From an uncultured bacterium (lineage in GTDB: Bacteria > Krumholzibacteriota > Krumholzibacteriia > LZORAL124-64-63), in contig CAVSGO010000006.1 of assembly GCA_963727525.1 (NCBI GenBank), positions 224,001-288,000 of the forward strand: DNA of 64,000 nucleotides, given 5' to 3'. The notes beneath the pieces were generated by a model that ran no database searches, was not told the DNA's origin, and saw only the letters and a program-made list of their open reading frames with translations. Below, one piece after another: positions 21,082 through 31,762 of this stretch. Within the stretch, counting starts at the first letter, position 1. Each line of letters begins with the position of its first letter. Both the position numbers and the translations under genes were made by a program.

Positions 21082-23685
21082 ATGCAGCCAGGCCAGACTA
21101 TCGCCCAGTACCAGATCAAGGCCCGGATCGGCGCCGGCGGCATGGGCGAGGTGTTCGAGGCCCGTGACACCAACCTCGATCGCGACGTCGCGGTGAAGGT
21201 GCTGCCCCGCGAGTTGGCCGACAACGCGTCCCGCCTCGCGCGTCTCGAGCGGGAAGCCAAGGCCATCGCGGCCCTCTCCCATCCCAACATTCTGGCGATC
21301 TACGACTTCGGCACGGCCGACGGTACCGCCTATGTCGTGACCGAACTGCTCAAGGGCGAGACCCTGCGCGAACGGCTGACCCACGGCGCCATGTCCCACC
21401 GCAAGGCGACAGACTACGGCCGCCAGATCGCCCGCGGCCTGGCCGCAGCCCACGATAAGGGCATCGTCCACCGCGATCTCAAGCCGGAGAACATCTTCCT
21501 GACCCACGAGGGTCGGGTGAAGATCCTCGATTTCGGCCTGGCCACGGCGGCCGGCCCGGATGTGGACAGCGATCCGCAAGAGGGCGCCACGATCGACATG
21601 TCCGCCGACACCAGGCTGACCGAGCCCGGCACCGTGCTGGGCACCGTCGACTACATGTCGCCCGAGCAGGTGCGTGGCCTGCCGACCGACGCGCGTTCGG
21701 ATCTGTTCTCGTTCGGTTCGGTGATGTACGAGCTCGTCGGCGGCCAGAAGCCTTTCTCGCGCGAGACGGCGGCCGAGACCATGACGGCCATCCTGCGCGA
21801 AGAGCCCGCCGACCTGGCGACCCTGGCTCTGGAACTGCCGCCCGCCCTGGCGGCGATCATCAGGCGCTGCCTGGAAAAGCGCCCCGGCGAACGTTTCCAC
21901 TCGGCCCACGATCTGGCCTTCAGTCTCGAGGCTCTTTCGGGGTCATCCGTGTCCACCGGCACGGCGGCTGCTCTGGCCGGTATCGACAGCCCAGGGCGCC
22001 GATCGGGCGCCGGCATCGTGGTCGGGTTGCTCCTGGTTGGATTGGTCGTGGGCGCGGCGGCCGCGTGGTTCCTGCGCCCGACCCCACCAAACGGCTCCCA
22101 GGTGCGCTTCACGGCGTTGAGTTCCCGGCGCGGCACGGTGACCAACGCGCGCTTCACCGGCGGCGACGAGACAGGCATCTACAGCGCCGCCTGGGCCGAC
22201 GAGCCGCTGCGCCTGTTCCCGGCCTCGGTCGGCACGCGCACGTCGCCTCCGCTGAACATCGGCGATTGCGACCTGCTCAGCGTGTCGTCGGAAGGCGAAC
22301 TCGCGATTTCCCTGGACCGGCACCAAGCCCTGGGCTGGGAGGCCTACGGCACCCTGTCCGTGGCGCAGCCGGGCGGCGCCGCACCGCGCCCTGTCCTGGA
22401 GAACGTGGGCGTGGCCGACTGGTCTCCCGACGGCAAGGCTCTTGCGGTCTCCCACGAGGTGGACGGCGAGGTACGCCTGGAATACCCCATCGGCACCGTG
22501 CTCTACGAGTCGCCCGGCTGGATCAGCGAGATCCGGGTGCATCCGGACGGCGATCGCGTGCTCATCGCAGACAACCCACTGCGGGGCGACAACATTGCTC
22601 AGGCCCGGATCATCCACAGGGACGGTCGGGTCGAGGATCTCGGCCTTGGCTGTGCCTGGGGCGTGTTGTGGGACAAGGATGGCAAGTCCGTACTGGCCGC
22701 GAACGGCCTCGGCGTGACGCGCACCCACCCCGGACACGACCCGGTACAGATATTGTCCACTCCCGTTTCCATGCGACTCCTGGATATCGCCCCCTCGGGA
22801 CGGATGCTGGTGGCCATCGCTTCGGTCCGGCGCGAGATTTTTGGCCGGGAACCCGGCGCGAACGACGAGAAGAACCTCAGCTGGCAGGACTGGTCGACTC
22901 CCCAGGCCATCAGCGACGATGGGCTCGCGACCATCTTCGAAGAGGGCAACGACTTCAATGCGGACGGCTACGCCATCTATCTGCGTCGAACCGACGGCTC
23001 TGCCCCGCTGCAGGTGGGTTATGGCTCGACGGTTGCCTTGTCTCCCGACAAGAAGTGGCTGGCGGTCATACGGCGACCGACCGCCGACGACCGGACCCTC
23101 GAACTGCTGCCCACCGGAGCCGGTGAACCGCGGAGCGTGGACCTCCATGGCCTGCGCATATCGGATGTGAACTCCCGCTGGCTCCACGATCCGGACGGCC
23201 GCGACGTCATCGTCACACCGGCCAGCCGGGCCGGTGAAGCCCGGCGCATCTACCGCATCTCGCTGGACGGCGCGCCGCCGCAGACCATCACGCCGGAGGG
23301 CTTCCAGATCGCCCTGCTGGGCCATGTCGTGTCGCCCGACGGCCAACTGATCGTCGTCACGCCGCTCGAAGGCGCGGCGGTTTCATTCACCAGCGATGGC
23401 GATGGCCCACATCCCCTGGCTGGCGTGCTGCCCTCCGACCTGCCGCTGGCCCTGGAACGGGACAACCGGCACCTCTACGTGCAGGCGGCTCGCACCATCC
23501 CCTCGCCCATCTACCGCGTCGACACCGTCACCGGCGAACGCACCCTGCACACCGAACTCTCGCCCCGCGACCAGGCAGGTGTGTCGGTCATCGACCGGGT
23601 GAAGATATCCGCGGATGGCAGGGCCTACGTCTATTCGATTCGGCGCGTACTGTCGGACCTGAATATCGTGGATGGGCTGCGTTAG
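21082..23685 (+). CDS. Hanks-type Ser/Thr protein kinase with TM segment and TolB/PD40-like beta-propeller
   Basis: [35 protein letters not shown] segment; WSPDG/SPDG/SADG repeats. Confidence 0.93.
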   Translation: MQPGQTIAQYQIKARIGAGGMGEVFEARDTNLDRDVAVKVLPRELADNASRLARLEREAKAIAALSHPNILAIYDFGTADGTAYVVTELLKGETLRERLTHGAMSHRKATDYGRQIARGLAAAHDKGIVHRDLKPENIFLTHEGRVKILDFGLATAAGPDVDSDPQEGATIDMSADTRLTEPGTVLGTVDYMSPEQVRGLPTDARSDLFSFGSVMYELVGGQKPFSRETAAETMTAILREEPADLATLALELPPALAAIIRRCLEKRPGERFHSAHDLAFSLEALSGSSVSTGTAAALAGIDSPGRRSGAGIVVGLLLVGLVVGAAAAWFLRPTPPNGSQVRFTALSSRRGTVTNARFTGGDETGIYSAAWADEPLRLFPASVGTRTSPPLNIGDCDLLSVSSEGELAISLDRHQALGWEAYGTLSVAQPGGAAPRPVLENVGVADWSPDGKALAVSHEVDGEVRLEYPIGTVLYESPGWISEIRVHPDGDRVLIADNPLRGDNIAQARIIHRDGRVEDLGLGCAWGVLWDKDGKSVLAANGLGVTRTHPGHDPVQILSTPVSMRLLDIAPSGRMLVAIASVRREIFGREPGANDEKNLSWQDWSTPQAISDDGLATIFEEGNDFNADGYAIYLRRTDGSAPLQVGYGSTVALSPDKKWLAVIRRPTADDRTLELLPTGAGEPRSVDLHGLRISDVNSRWLHDPDGRDVIVTPASRAGEARRIYRISLDGAPPQTITPEGFQIALLGHVVSPDGQLIVVTPLEGAAVSFTSDGDGPHPLAGVLPSDLPLALERDNRHLYVQAARTIPSPIYRVDTVTGERTLHTELSPRDQAGVSVIDRVKISADGRAYVYSIRRVLSDLNIVDGLR

Positions 23686-23711
23686 GCGCGTCCGTCCTGG
23701 TGTGATACGGG

Positions 23712-23751
23712 TTGATGGAAAGTACGCCCAAGCGTACAATAAAGAGTACGC
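23712..23751 (+). promoter_or_regulatory. Toxin-antitoxin promoter with overlapping operator
   Basis: TTGATG-17 nt-TACAAT. Three GTACGC/GCGTAC half-sites (23722, 23732, 23746) form two inverted repeats over the -10. Confidence 0.65.
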
Positions 23752-23764
23752 ATGGAGGTGCAAT

Positions 23765-24046
23765 ATGAGTAAAATCCCCGATATGGTCCCCGTCAGCGAC
23801 TTTCGGCAGGATGCCGCCGCTGTGCTCAAGAGGCTGCAGTCTGGCGCGGGCCCGTTGGTCGTCACCCAACGCGGTCGGGCAGTAGCCGTCATGCAGAGCG
23901 TCGAAGCATACGAAAAGCGTGAACGCGAGCGGGAGTTGCTGCGGCTTCTCGCGGCGGGAGAGCACGAGATCGCAGTCGGCGAGGGGCATTCACTGGCTAG
24001 CGTGATGAAGGAGGCCGACGCACTGCTCGGAGATGACGAGTCGTGA
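23765..24046 (+). CDS. Phd/YefM family antitoxin
   Basis: PVSDFRQDAAAVLKRL...PLVVTQRGRAVAVMQSVEAYE; GGAGG SD. Confidence 0.9.
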   Translation: MSKIPDMVPVSDFRQDAAAVLKRLQSGAGPLVVTQRGRAVAVMQSVEAYEKRERERELLRLLAAGEHEIAVGEGHSLASVMKEADALLGDDES

Positions 24047-24335
24047 AGATCAAGTTCACTCCATCGGCGCGGCGGCAGTTTCTCGAAGGCCTGGAGTACA
24101 TCCGCCAAGATAGTCCGACGGTAGCTCGTCAGTTTCGGCTCAAGGCAGAAGCAGTGCTAAAAGCCGGTTGAGTGAGTTCCCGGATTCGGGTCGAGCGATC
24201 CCGGAATTCCCGGAACTGCCACATCGAGAGGTCATCGTTCGGCCGTACCGGTTCTTCTATCGCGTCATCGGAAAGACAGTGTGGATCGTTGCCGTTTGGC
24301 ATTCGGCTCAGTTGCCGGCTGGTCCGAGTAATTGA
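24043..24335 (+). pseudogene. RelE/ParE family toxin, frameshifted
   Basis: GTG overlaps the antitoxin stop. MKIKFTPSARRQFLEGLEYIRQDSP...AVL, then a frame change at CTAAAAGC (~24160), then RLSEFPDSGRAIPEFPELPHREVIVRPYRFFYRV...WIVAVWHSAQ. Confidence 0.85.
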
Positions 24336-24378
24336 GGTCCGCATAACAGGATCGTCGCTGGAATACTTGCAGGCAGCG

Positions 24379-24525
24379 GCGCGCTTCGACGAGGAGAGCC
24401 ACATCGGCTGGGCGCGGATGCTTGAACGCGAGGGCGTGCACGTCATCTACGGCCTGATCGGCCTGCTGACCCACGCCAAGCTCCTGCTCGTCTTGCGCCG
24501 CGACAAGGACTGCGGGCAACACTGA
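24379..24525 (+). pseudogene. ppk1: Internal fragment of polyphosphate kinase 1
   Basis: ARFDEESHIGWARMLEREGVHVIYGLIGLLTHAKLLLVLRRD matches the Ppk1 signature ARFDEExNIxWAxxLExxGVHVxYG...KxHAK; no start and no flanking domains. Confidence 0.75.
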
Positions 24526-24801
24526 CTTGAGCGTAGTGCGATCACCTGACGCGATGGACTCCGTTTCAAGAGGCAACCTAAAGATCTCCCCGGATTGACA
24601 GACACCGGGGTTCATCTCAAACTGTACCGGCAGTCTCTTATATCCGATCGCGACGTCATATCGACGGAGACAACATTTCGACGAACATACACGACTATCG
24701 CCCACTCCTCGGTACTTTGGCCGATACGCACCGCAAAGCCTCTTGGGCCTGAACGTCGCGATCCTCACTCGGGGCTGCTTTTTTCGACCATCATGGGAGG
24801 T

Positions 24802-25968
24802 ATGATCATGCGAATTCGTTTCATGTTGCTATTGATCGCAACCTTCGGGTTGTTGGCGATGACGGCGTACGCCGGCAAACCCGGTGACAGCGCCGTGACC
24901 TCGGTACCTTCGGACTACCCCTGCAACCAGCAAGGCGACGCGGGGCTGTGTCTACCACTCGACGCGAGCTGGGAAGTCGTCCAGTTCACCAATGGCGTCG
25001 CGGACTGCTACGAGAACGACGATGGTTCGTCCGTCATGTTGACGTTGCCGTTCTCTTTCGACCTCTTCGGTACGCCGCAGACCGACTTCTGGATCAACAA
25101 CAACGGCAACATCTCGTTCGATGGGCCCTACTTCACCTACACGCCGGAGGGATTCCCGGTCGCGAGCTTCCCCATGGTCGCACCGTTCTGGGGCGACGTG
25201 GATACGCGCTCACTACTCGATGGGGCTGGTGTGGTGTGGATGAAGATGGGTGCCAATTATCTGGCGGTCACCTGGGACCATGTCGGCTACTTCAGTTCAC
25301 ATACCGATCTGCAGAGCACGTTTCAGCTCATCATAAGCGACGGAACGTATGGGGGCATCGGGATTGGCAACAACGTATGCTTCTGCTACGCGGACATGCA
25401 GTGGACGACTGGCGATGCATCGGGTGGTGCCGGCGGCTTCGGCGGCTCACCGGCCACCGTCGGCGTGAACAAGGGTGACGGCGTAAACTACTTCAACGTG
25501 GGACGCTTCGATCACAGCGGCGGCGACTACGCCGGCCCCGATGGGATCAGCGGTGTCGACTGGCTCGACTTCCAGCAGATTTGCTTCAACGTCGGCGGCG
25601 ATATCAACCAGTGCCCGGTGGCCATCAACTTCCCGGCCGGCAACACGATCGTGATGACGGACGCCAACCCGACGTTGAATCTCAGCGTGGGCTTCATCGG
25701 ACCGGAAGCCGGCCAGACCGTGCACACGGTGGTCACCACCGGTGGCCTCGCCAACTTCGCCTACGTCAGCGTGGACGGCAACCCGTCGACGGTCACGATG
25801 ACGTTCACGCCAACCGCTGCTGAGATCGGCACTCACGTGATCCACTTCGCCGCGACGGACGATTATGATCCGCCGTGCACGACCGAGGTGGACCTGACGA
25901 TCATCGTCGAACAGAGTGTGCCGGCCGAGCAGAGATCCTGGGGCGACTTGAAGAGCATCTACCGCTAG
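24802..25968 (+). CDS. Secreted nidogen-like (NIDO) domain protein with Ig-like domain and C-terminal SWGDLKSIYR tag
   Basis: Signal peptide; NDDGSS, WINNNGNISF, MVAPFWGDVDTR, VTWDHVGYF, TFQLII, MQWTTGDASGG; GGAGG SD. Confidence 0.85.
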   Translation: MIMRIRFMLLLIATFGLLAMTAYAGKPGDSAVTSVPSDYPCNQQGDAGLCLPLDASWEVVQFTNGVADCYENDDGSSVMLTLPFSFDLFGTPQTDFWINNNGNISFDGPYFTYTPEGFPVASFPMVAPFWGDVDTRSLLDGAGVVWMKMGANYLAVTWDHVGYFSSHTDLQSTFQLIISDGTYGGIGIGNNVCFCYADMQWTTGDASGGAGGFGGSPATVGVNKGDGVNYFNVGRFDHSGGDYAGPDGISGVDWLDFQQICFNVGGDINQCPVAINFPAGNTIVMTDANPTLNLSVGFIGPEAGQTVHTVVTTGGLANFAYVSVDGNPSTVTMTFTPTAAEIGTHVIHFAATDDYDPPCTTEVDLTIIVEQSVPAEQRSWGDLKSIYR

Positions 25969-26000
25969 GCCGCAATTCCAGGTAATCGCCGCGGACCGAC

Positions 26001-26034
26001 GGCCGACCGAGGAGATGGGCGACCTCGGTCGGCC
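26001..26034. terminator. Hairpin between convergent genes
   Basis: GGCCGACCGAGG-10 nt loop-CCTCGGTCGGCC, 12-bp perfect stem; no U-tract. Confidence 0.5.
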
Positions 26035-26136
26035 CGCGCGGTGACCTGGCCTTCCCGAGCACCGACCCCGTGCGCGACGGCACCGACCCTGAGCCGCCGG
26101 GTCGAGGTGGGCTGCCGGGACTGACGGATCCTGCAA

Positions 26137-26652
26137 TCAGGATTTCGCGCACTTCCGCACCGTGTCCCAGGTGCGCGTCGTCTGATCCTTGCCGAACGTC
26201 GCGGCGATCATCTTCATGAACACGGGTCCGCGGGGGCTCTTCACGTAGGCGGTGAAGATCTCGCATCCTTCCACCGCGAGGATGCGGGCGCCGTCTTTCT
26301 CGCCAGGCAGGCGCGGCGTGGGGCTCACGGGCTTGCGCGTGAACGTCACCACTCTCTTCGCGTCCGGCGGTAGGTCGAAGCGCGCGAACGGATCGGCGGC
26401 GATGAGGCGCGTCAACATGTTGATCGAGCGCACGATCGTGAAGAACGACCGGCCCGCTTCCCGCGTGAGCGCGGTCTCGATCACGCTCTCGATTTTTGCA
26501 AGCGAGCGCATCGACGTCGAGAAGGCGACGTTGCCTGTCGCGAGCACCGTCTTGACGTCGGTGAAGCCCTCCGCCTCGATCCATCGTTTGAGATCCGGCA
26601 TCGCGAGATTGGTCGGACTCACCCCCCGCAGCAATGCCACGTAGCGTACCAT
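26137..26652 (-). CDS. DUF1697 domain protein
   Basis: RYVALLRGV, MPDLK, GFTDVKTVLATGNVAF, TTRTWDTVRK. Confidence 0.9.
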   Translation of the reverse strand: MVRYVALLRGVSPTNLAMPDLKRWIEAEGFTDVKTVLATGNVAFSTSMRSLAKIESVIETALTREAGRSFFTIVRSINMLTRLIAADPFARFDLPPDAKRVVTFTRKPVSPTPRLPGEKDGARILAVEGCEIFTAYVKSPRGPVFMKMIAATFGKDQTTRTWDTVRKCAKS

Positions 26653-26667
26653 GGATCAGCTCCCGGT

Positions 26668-27399
26668 CTAGAAACGTCCTTTGAGGACCAGTAAGGGTAG
26701 AGGCATGGCTTCGCGATTGCCGGCTCCGCCGGCGACGGCGCCCTCGCGTGCCACCGTGCGGCCAACGATCCAGCCGATCGTGGCGCCGGCGAGGACGTCG
26801 CTCAACCAATGCCGGGAAACCTCGATTCGCCCCATGCTCGTCACGCCCGCCAGCACGAGAGACAGGGCGGCCAGCCCATCGCCGCGACGACGTGTCAGCA
26901 CTGCGGCGGTCGCGAACGCCACGGCCGTGTGCCCCGAGGGAAACGCATAGGCGTCGCCATCGGGCCGCTCGCGGCGGACTGCGACCTTCAGCAAGCCCAC
27001 GGTGGTGGCGGTGAGGAGCTGCGCACGCGCCAGTGCGTAGCCGTCGCCGGCCAGTCGCGCGTCATTGCGGCTATTGCCGAGCGCCCACAGCGAGAGCGAC
27101 AGCGGCACCTGCACTCGTCCGTCGCCCCAGAGATTGCCCACGCGGGCCAGCGTCGGCCAGGGCCCGCCAGCACGAGCCAGGGTATCGCGCGCCTGGGCGT
27201 CGAGAAGGGAGCCGCCAAACGTCATGGCGGTACCGCCAAGCAGCCACAGGGCGTTCGCCGTGGTGGGCAAGGCCTGGATATCGTCGACCACGTCCGCCGG
27301 CATGTCGCCGGGATGCGGCAGGTCCGCGCCACGGGTCGGCGGCGCGAACGTTGCGATCGCGAGCAGCGCGATGAGTCCGGGAATCTGCGAGGTGCGCAT
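26668..27399 (-). CDS. PAP2 family phosphatase
   Basis: LKVAVRRERP, FPSGHT, GRIEVSRHWLSDV; N-terminal signal peptide. Confidence 0.88.
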   Translation of the reverse strand: MRTSQIPGLIALLAIATFAPPTRGADLPHPGDMPADVVDDIQALPTTANALWLLGGTAMTFGGSLLDAQARDTLARAGGPWPTLARVGNLWGDGRVQVPLSLSLWALGNSRNDARLAGDGYALARAQLLTATTVGLLKVAVRRERPDGDAYAFPSGHTAVAFATAAVLTRRRGDGLAALSLVLAGVTSMGRIEVSRHWLSDVLAGATIGWIVGRTVAREGAVAGGAGNREAMPLPLLVLKGRF

Positions 27400-27514
27400 G
27401 CCGGAAGTCTCGGCGCGCATCGGCGCGCGCGCCAGGGAAATCTGGCGTGGTTTCGGCACGGTGAGAACGAGCATACCTTCTTCCAGTGCGTCGTCACGAC
27501 CCGGAGGCAGTCCT

Positions 27515-27907
27515 GTGAATGAGATTTCCGTCTCGACCAGATCCCACGACCAGCTCGTGAACATCACGGCCGAAATCAATGCCGCCGTCGCCGATCTCGG
27601 CGTGCGCGATGGGGCGGTGCTGGTGCACGTGCCGCACACCACGGCCGCCGTCACCATCAATGAGGGCGCCGACCCGGATGTGCCACGCGACCTCTTGCGC
27701 CGCCTCGATGCCCTGGTGCCGTGGGACGATCCCGACGACCGCCACGGGGAGGGCAACAGCGCCGCGCATCTCAAGTCGTCGCTGGTCGGCTGCAACCAGC
27801 TGGTGCCTGTCGCCGCGGGCAAGCTCGAGCTGGGCACCTGGCAGGCCGTGTGGTTCTGCGAGTTCGACGGGCCGCGGCAGCGGCGGGTGCAGGTGTTGGC
27901 GATCTAG
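27515..27907 (+). CDS. YjbQ/UPF0047 family protein
   Basis: HVPHTTAAVTINEGADPDV, HGEGNSAAHLKS, LGTWQAVWFCEFDGPR; GGAGG SD and GTG start. Confidence 0.92.
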   Translation: MNEISVSTRSHDQLVNITAEINAAVADLGVRDGAVLVHVPHTTAAVTINEGADPDVPRDLLRRLDALVPWDDPDDRHGEGNSAAHLKSSLVGCNQLVPVAAGKLELGTWQAVWFCEFDGPRQRRVQVLAI

Positions 27908-28017
27908 CTGGGTGTTGGTCGAGGGACCGCTGTTCCGGGGGGTTCCCCAGCGAGGCCATCTCATGATATCCTCTTGCCTGCGAATCTCGTTCCCGCCCAC
28001 AGCCCCGAGGACCTCCC

Positions 28018-29817
28018 ATGCCCATCCCCATGCATCGCCGGACGACGTTCGTCATCGCTCTCGTGTCTGTTGTGATTCTCGCCGCCGCCGCCCGGGCCGA
28101 TCTGGCGCCCATCGAGCTGGACGGTTTCTTCGACGACTGGGCGGCCGTGGCGCCGGTCGCGGTCGACGCCATCGGTGATGGCGGCACGGTCGACTTCGGC
28201 GCGGTCTCGGTGGCCAACGACCAGGACTATCTCACCATCCGGTTCGCCGTGACCGGCAACGTGCAGCCCGACGAGCAGGAAGACATGCGGCTGTACCTCG
28301 ACACCGACATGAATGCGTCCACCGGCATCGCGTACGGCGATCTCGGGGCGGAGCTGGTGTGGCAGTTCGGGAACCGTGTCGGCACGTTCACGCGAGGGGG
28401 GACGGCCACGATCCACCATGCCGACATCGGCCTCATGATGGGACCGACGGTGAGCAACGACGAGTTCGAGATCGCCCTGCGTCGCGACGCTGTGCCGGCC
28501 AACGGGCAGGCCCTGTTCCCGGGCGACACCGTGCGCTTCCTGCTGCGAGACATGACGTCCGGGGACCGCGTGCCCGACGTGGGCAGCCTCACCTACACCT
28601 TCGCCGCCGGCAACGACGCCGCGCCCACACTCGCGCTGGGACGCGCGAGCGCGTCGCACCTGCGCCTGGCGAGCTGGAACGTGCAGAACGACGGGCTCTT
28701 CGCCGGCGGCGCCGCCGAGGCGGCTCAGGGGCGGCTGCTCGGCGTCATCGACCCCGACATGCTCATCATCTGCGAGGTGTGGAACCACTCGGCAGCGCAG
28801 GTGGCCGCCAGGGTCGAGCAGCATCTGCCCAGCGGTCCGGGAGAGCAGTGGTACGCCCTGGGCATCGACGGCGGCAACGTGATCTGCAGCCGGTTCCCCA
28901 TCCTGCAGACCTGGGCTGTGAACCCCGGCTACCGGATCACCGCTGCGCTCATCGACCTGCCAGACACCGACACCGATCTGCTGCTCTTCGCCTGTCACTG
29001 GCGCTGCTGCACGGCCGACGCCGATCGGCAGAAGGAGGCGGATTCGATCATCGGCTTCCTGCGCGACGCGCGCTCGCCCGGCGGTCTCATCGATCTGGCG
29101 CCGGATACCCCCTTCCTCCTGGCCGGCGATCTGAACCTGGTGGGGTGGCGCCAGCAGCTCGACACCATTCTCACGGGCGACATCATCAACGAGGGGCTCT
29201 ACGGGCCCGACTCGCCTCCCGACTGGGACGGCAGCGACTTCGCCATCGTCCACTCCCGCCAGCTCGACGGCCGCGCCAGTTACACGTGGCGCGACGACGG
29301 CAGCTCCTACTATCCCGGCATGCTCGACTGGATGCTCTACTCCGGCAGCGTCCTCGACGTGCACAACAACTTCATCCTCGAGACCCGCACGATGACCGCC
29401 GCGACGCTCGCGGCTACCGGCCTGCAGGCCACCGACAGCCCCACCGCGAGCGACCACGACCCGCGCGTCGCCGATTTCTCGCTCAGGAACGCCGGCACCG
29501 GCGTACCCGACGTCGGGATGACGACCGCCCTCGCCCACCTGCGTCCCGCGGCGCCGAACCCGTTCAACCCCTCCACGGACCTGCGCTTCACCCTCGACCG
29601 CGCCGGACGCGTGGAGCTGTCGATATTCGACGCGCGCGGCCGCCGGGTCCGGAGCTTCCCGGACACCCACTACGCCGCCGGCGATCATGCCCGGCGCTGG
29701 AACGGCCGCGACGACACCGGACGCAAGGTCGCTTCGGGCGTCTACGAGGTACGCATGGTGGCACATCTCGGCCGACGAACCGAAACAGGATCGGCATCGA
29801 TCACGCTCGTGCAGTAG
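28018..29817 (+). CDS. Secreted endonuclease/exonuclease/phosphatase family protein with FlgD-Ig C-terminal domain
   Basis: SWNV, ICE, LAGDLN, LDWMLY, ASDHDP; C-terminal PNPFNPST...WNGRDDTGRKVASGVY. Confidence 0.85.
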   Translation: MPIPMHRRTTFVIALVSVVILAAAARADLAPIELDGFFDDWAAVAPVAVDAIGDGGTVDFGAVSVANDQDYLTIRFAVTGNVQPDEQEDMRLYLDTDMNASTGIAYGDLGAELVWQFGNRVGTFTRGGTATIHHADIGLMMGPTVSNDEFEIALRRDAVPANGQALFPGDTVRFLLRDMTSGDRVPDVGSLTYTFAAGNDAAPTLALGRASASHLRLASWNVQNDGLFAGGAAEAAQGRLLGVIDPDMLIICEVWNHSAAQVAARVEQHLPSGPGEQWYALGIDGGNVICSRFPILQTWAVNPGYRITAALIDLPDTDTDLLLFACHWRCCTADADRQKEADSIIGFLRDARSPGGLIDLAPDTPFLLAGDLNLVGWRQQLDTILTGDIINEGLYGPDSPPDWDGSDFAIVHSRQLDGRASYTWRDDGSSYYPGMLDWMLYSGSVLDVHNNFILETRTMTAATLAATGLQATDSPTASDHDPRVADFSLRNAGTGVPDVGMTTALAHLRPAAPNPFNPSTDLRFTLDRAGRVELSIFDARGRRVRSFPDTHYAAGDHARRWNGRDDTGRKVASGVYEVRMVAHLGRRTETGSASITLVQ

Positions 29818-29881
29818 AGAGGCGCCCCTCGACACGCATCTCGGGAGATGTCGACCTGGCGAACCTGCGGACCACCGTGCG

Positions 29882-31456
29882 TCACCGCATGAGCACGAGC
29901 CTCGCCACGCCACGCTGCTGGCCGACCAGCGCTCGTGCCAGGTAGATGCCGCTGGGGACCGTGCGGCCGGTGTCGTCGCAGCCGTCCCAGACGAGGTCCT
30001 GGCGTCCGGCCGCCAGATCGCCGGTGAAGAGATTGCGCACGAGACGCCCATCGGCGCCATAGAGCGACACCTGCGCGTGCCCGGTGCGCGGCAACGCGAG
30101 CGAGAGAGTGCACTGCGGATTGAACGGGTTCGGGAAGGCGTTCAGCGCGAGGGCGCCGGCGGACGGCGCGGCGTCGATCGCCGTCGCCACGTCCATCTCG
30201 GCGTAGTAGAGATCGCCGCCGTTGCCGAACTGGTTCGCATGCACATGCTTGCCGCAGGCCGCCAGGCGCCGCGTACCCGCGGGGCCGACGGTGGTGAGAT
30301 CGACGTCGTAGATGGAGCCGACGGTGTTGACCGCGAAGTACGGGTGCGGATCGGAGGCCTGGAAGACGTTCACCTCGGCGTTGACGTCGGCCTCGTCCCC
30401 CCAGCTACCCACGACCGCGAACGCGCCGTCATTGGCGCTGGCCACGGGCAGATCCTGATAGCTCCCGGCCGACACCGGGAAGAGGTACGTCCAGGTCGTC
30501 GCGCCGCTCACGCAGTCGTACCACTCGATGCGGTTGTGATCGTAGCTCGTGGTGTACCAGCCGGTGATCAGGCCGCCGTTGTCGGCGACCGCGCACGTGC
30601 CCAGGTACCAGCCGGAGCCCGCCACGGTGAAGCGCGGGCGATAGGTCTGGCCGTCGCCTTCCCACACGTAGAGCGTCGACCAACCCGAGGCGAGCCAGTG
30701 GCCGTCCGGCGAGATGGACAGGGGATCGGCGCTCGCGCCCACGCCGCCCGACCATAGCGGCACCCCGGTCGCCGTGGTGAGAACCATGACGGTGGCGCCG
30801 AGGCGCACCGCGATGAGGCCGCCGTCGGCGGTCAGGCGCAGCCCGCGCGCGAAGAGATTGGTCGCCGTCTGATAGCTCGACAGTGGTGTGCCCGTCGCGG
30901 CGGCGAAGCCGCGGATCGTGCAATCGGTGGTCGTGTTGACGGCGAGGGCCACGACGCTGCCGTCGTCCGAGACCCGCAAGCAACCCGCCGGCGCCGTGCA
31001 ATTGTCGTAGTCTTTACGCCAGAGCTCGGTCTGCGACGCCGCGTCGTAAGCGTGGAGCCGGACACCCTGCGTGGACGGGATCGTCTCCACGATCGCCATC
31101 ACGCCGGCGCGGCCGTGGGCCTGGTTCTCGCCGCCGGTGAAGGTCCAGGTGGGCACACCGCCGGACCCTGCCTCGAAGTAGTTGGCCACGCACGCCGCGC
31201 CTTGAATGCTCCCGGCAACGACCTGCCCGTCCCACGCCGCGCAGCTCACGTAGATATTGCCCGGGATGGTCTGCTGCCACAGGACCCCGTCGCGCGTGGT
31301 TGCCGGTACGGCTTGACCATCGCCCGCGATGGCGTCGCGCACGACCTGCGTTCCCGCATCATCCTGGACGAATATCTGGCGACTGAGCTGGGGTGGATCG
31401 GCCGAGACCGAGAGAGCGACGAGCGAGACGAGAACGACGATCGCGCTGATCCTCAT
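29882..31456 (-). CDS. Secreted WD40/PQQ-like beta-propeller protein with FlgD-Ig C-terminal domain
   Basis: Signal peptide; SDDG/TADG/SPDG repeats; C-terminal FPNPFNP...WDGCDDTGRTVPSGIY. Confidence 0.8.
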   Translation of the reverse strand: MRISAIVVLVSLVALSVSADPPQLSRQIFVQDDAGTQVVRDAIAGDGQAVPATTRDGVLWQQTIPGNIYVSCAAWDGQVVAGSIQGAACVANYFEAGSGGVPTWTFTGGENQAHGRAGVMAIVETIPSTQGVRLHAYDAASQTELWRKDYDNCTAPAGCLRVSDDGSVVALAVNTTTDCTIRGFAAATGTPLSSYQTATNLFARGLRLTADGGLIAVRLGATVMVLTTATGVPLWSGGVGASADPLSISPDGHWLASGWSTLYVWEGDGQTYRPRFTVAGSGWYLGTCAVADNGGLITGWYTTSYDHNRIEWYDCVSGATTWTYLFPVSAGSYQDLPVASANDGAFAVVGSWGDEADVNAEVNVFQASDPHPYFAVNTVGSIYDVDLTTVGPAGTRRLAACGKHVHANQFGNGGDLYYAEMDVATAIDAAPSAGALALNAFPNPFNPQCTLSLALPRTGHAQVSLYGADGRLVRNLFTGDLAAGRQDLVWDGCDDTGRTVPSGIYLARALVGQQRGVARLVLMR

Positions 31457-31762
31457 CGTGAACTCCCTTGAATGATGAACTTCTAGCACACCGGGCGGCA
31501 GAGGAGCCCGAGCGGTCGCGATGCGGCCGATCCTACCACCGAAGCGCCCGGGATTCCAGAGCCGTCCCATCGCCTGGTTGCGGGCGGACATCGATCCCGA
31601 AGCCCAGGACCACAGCCGCCCTCCGATGCCATGCGACCGATACCTGGAGCTGGAATGACCAGCGCATGATGATGCCTTACGTTCACCCCCTCGGAATCTC
31701 GCCTGACATGAGTTCTGGAATATTCCATTGCCTTTTCGTCTCAATTATGGTCAAATTGTAGG

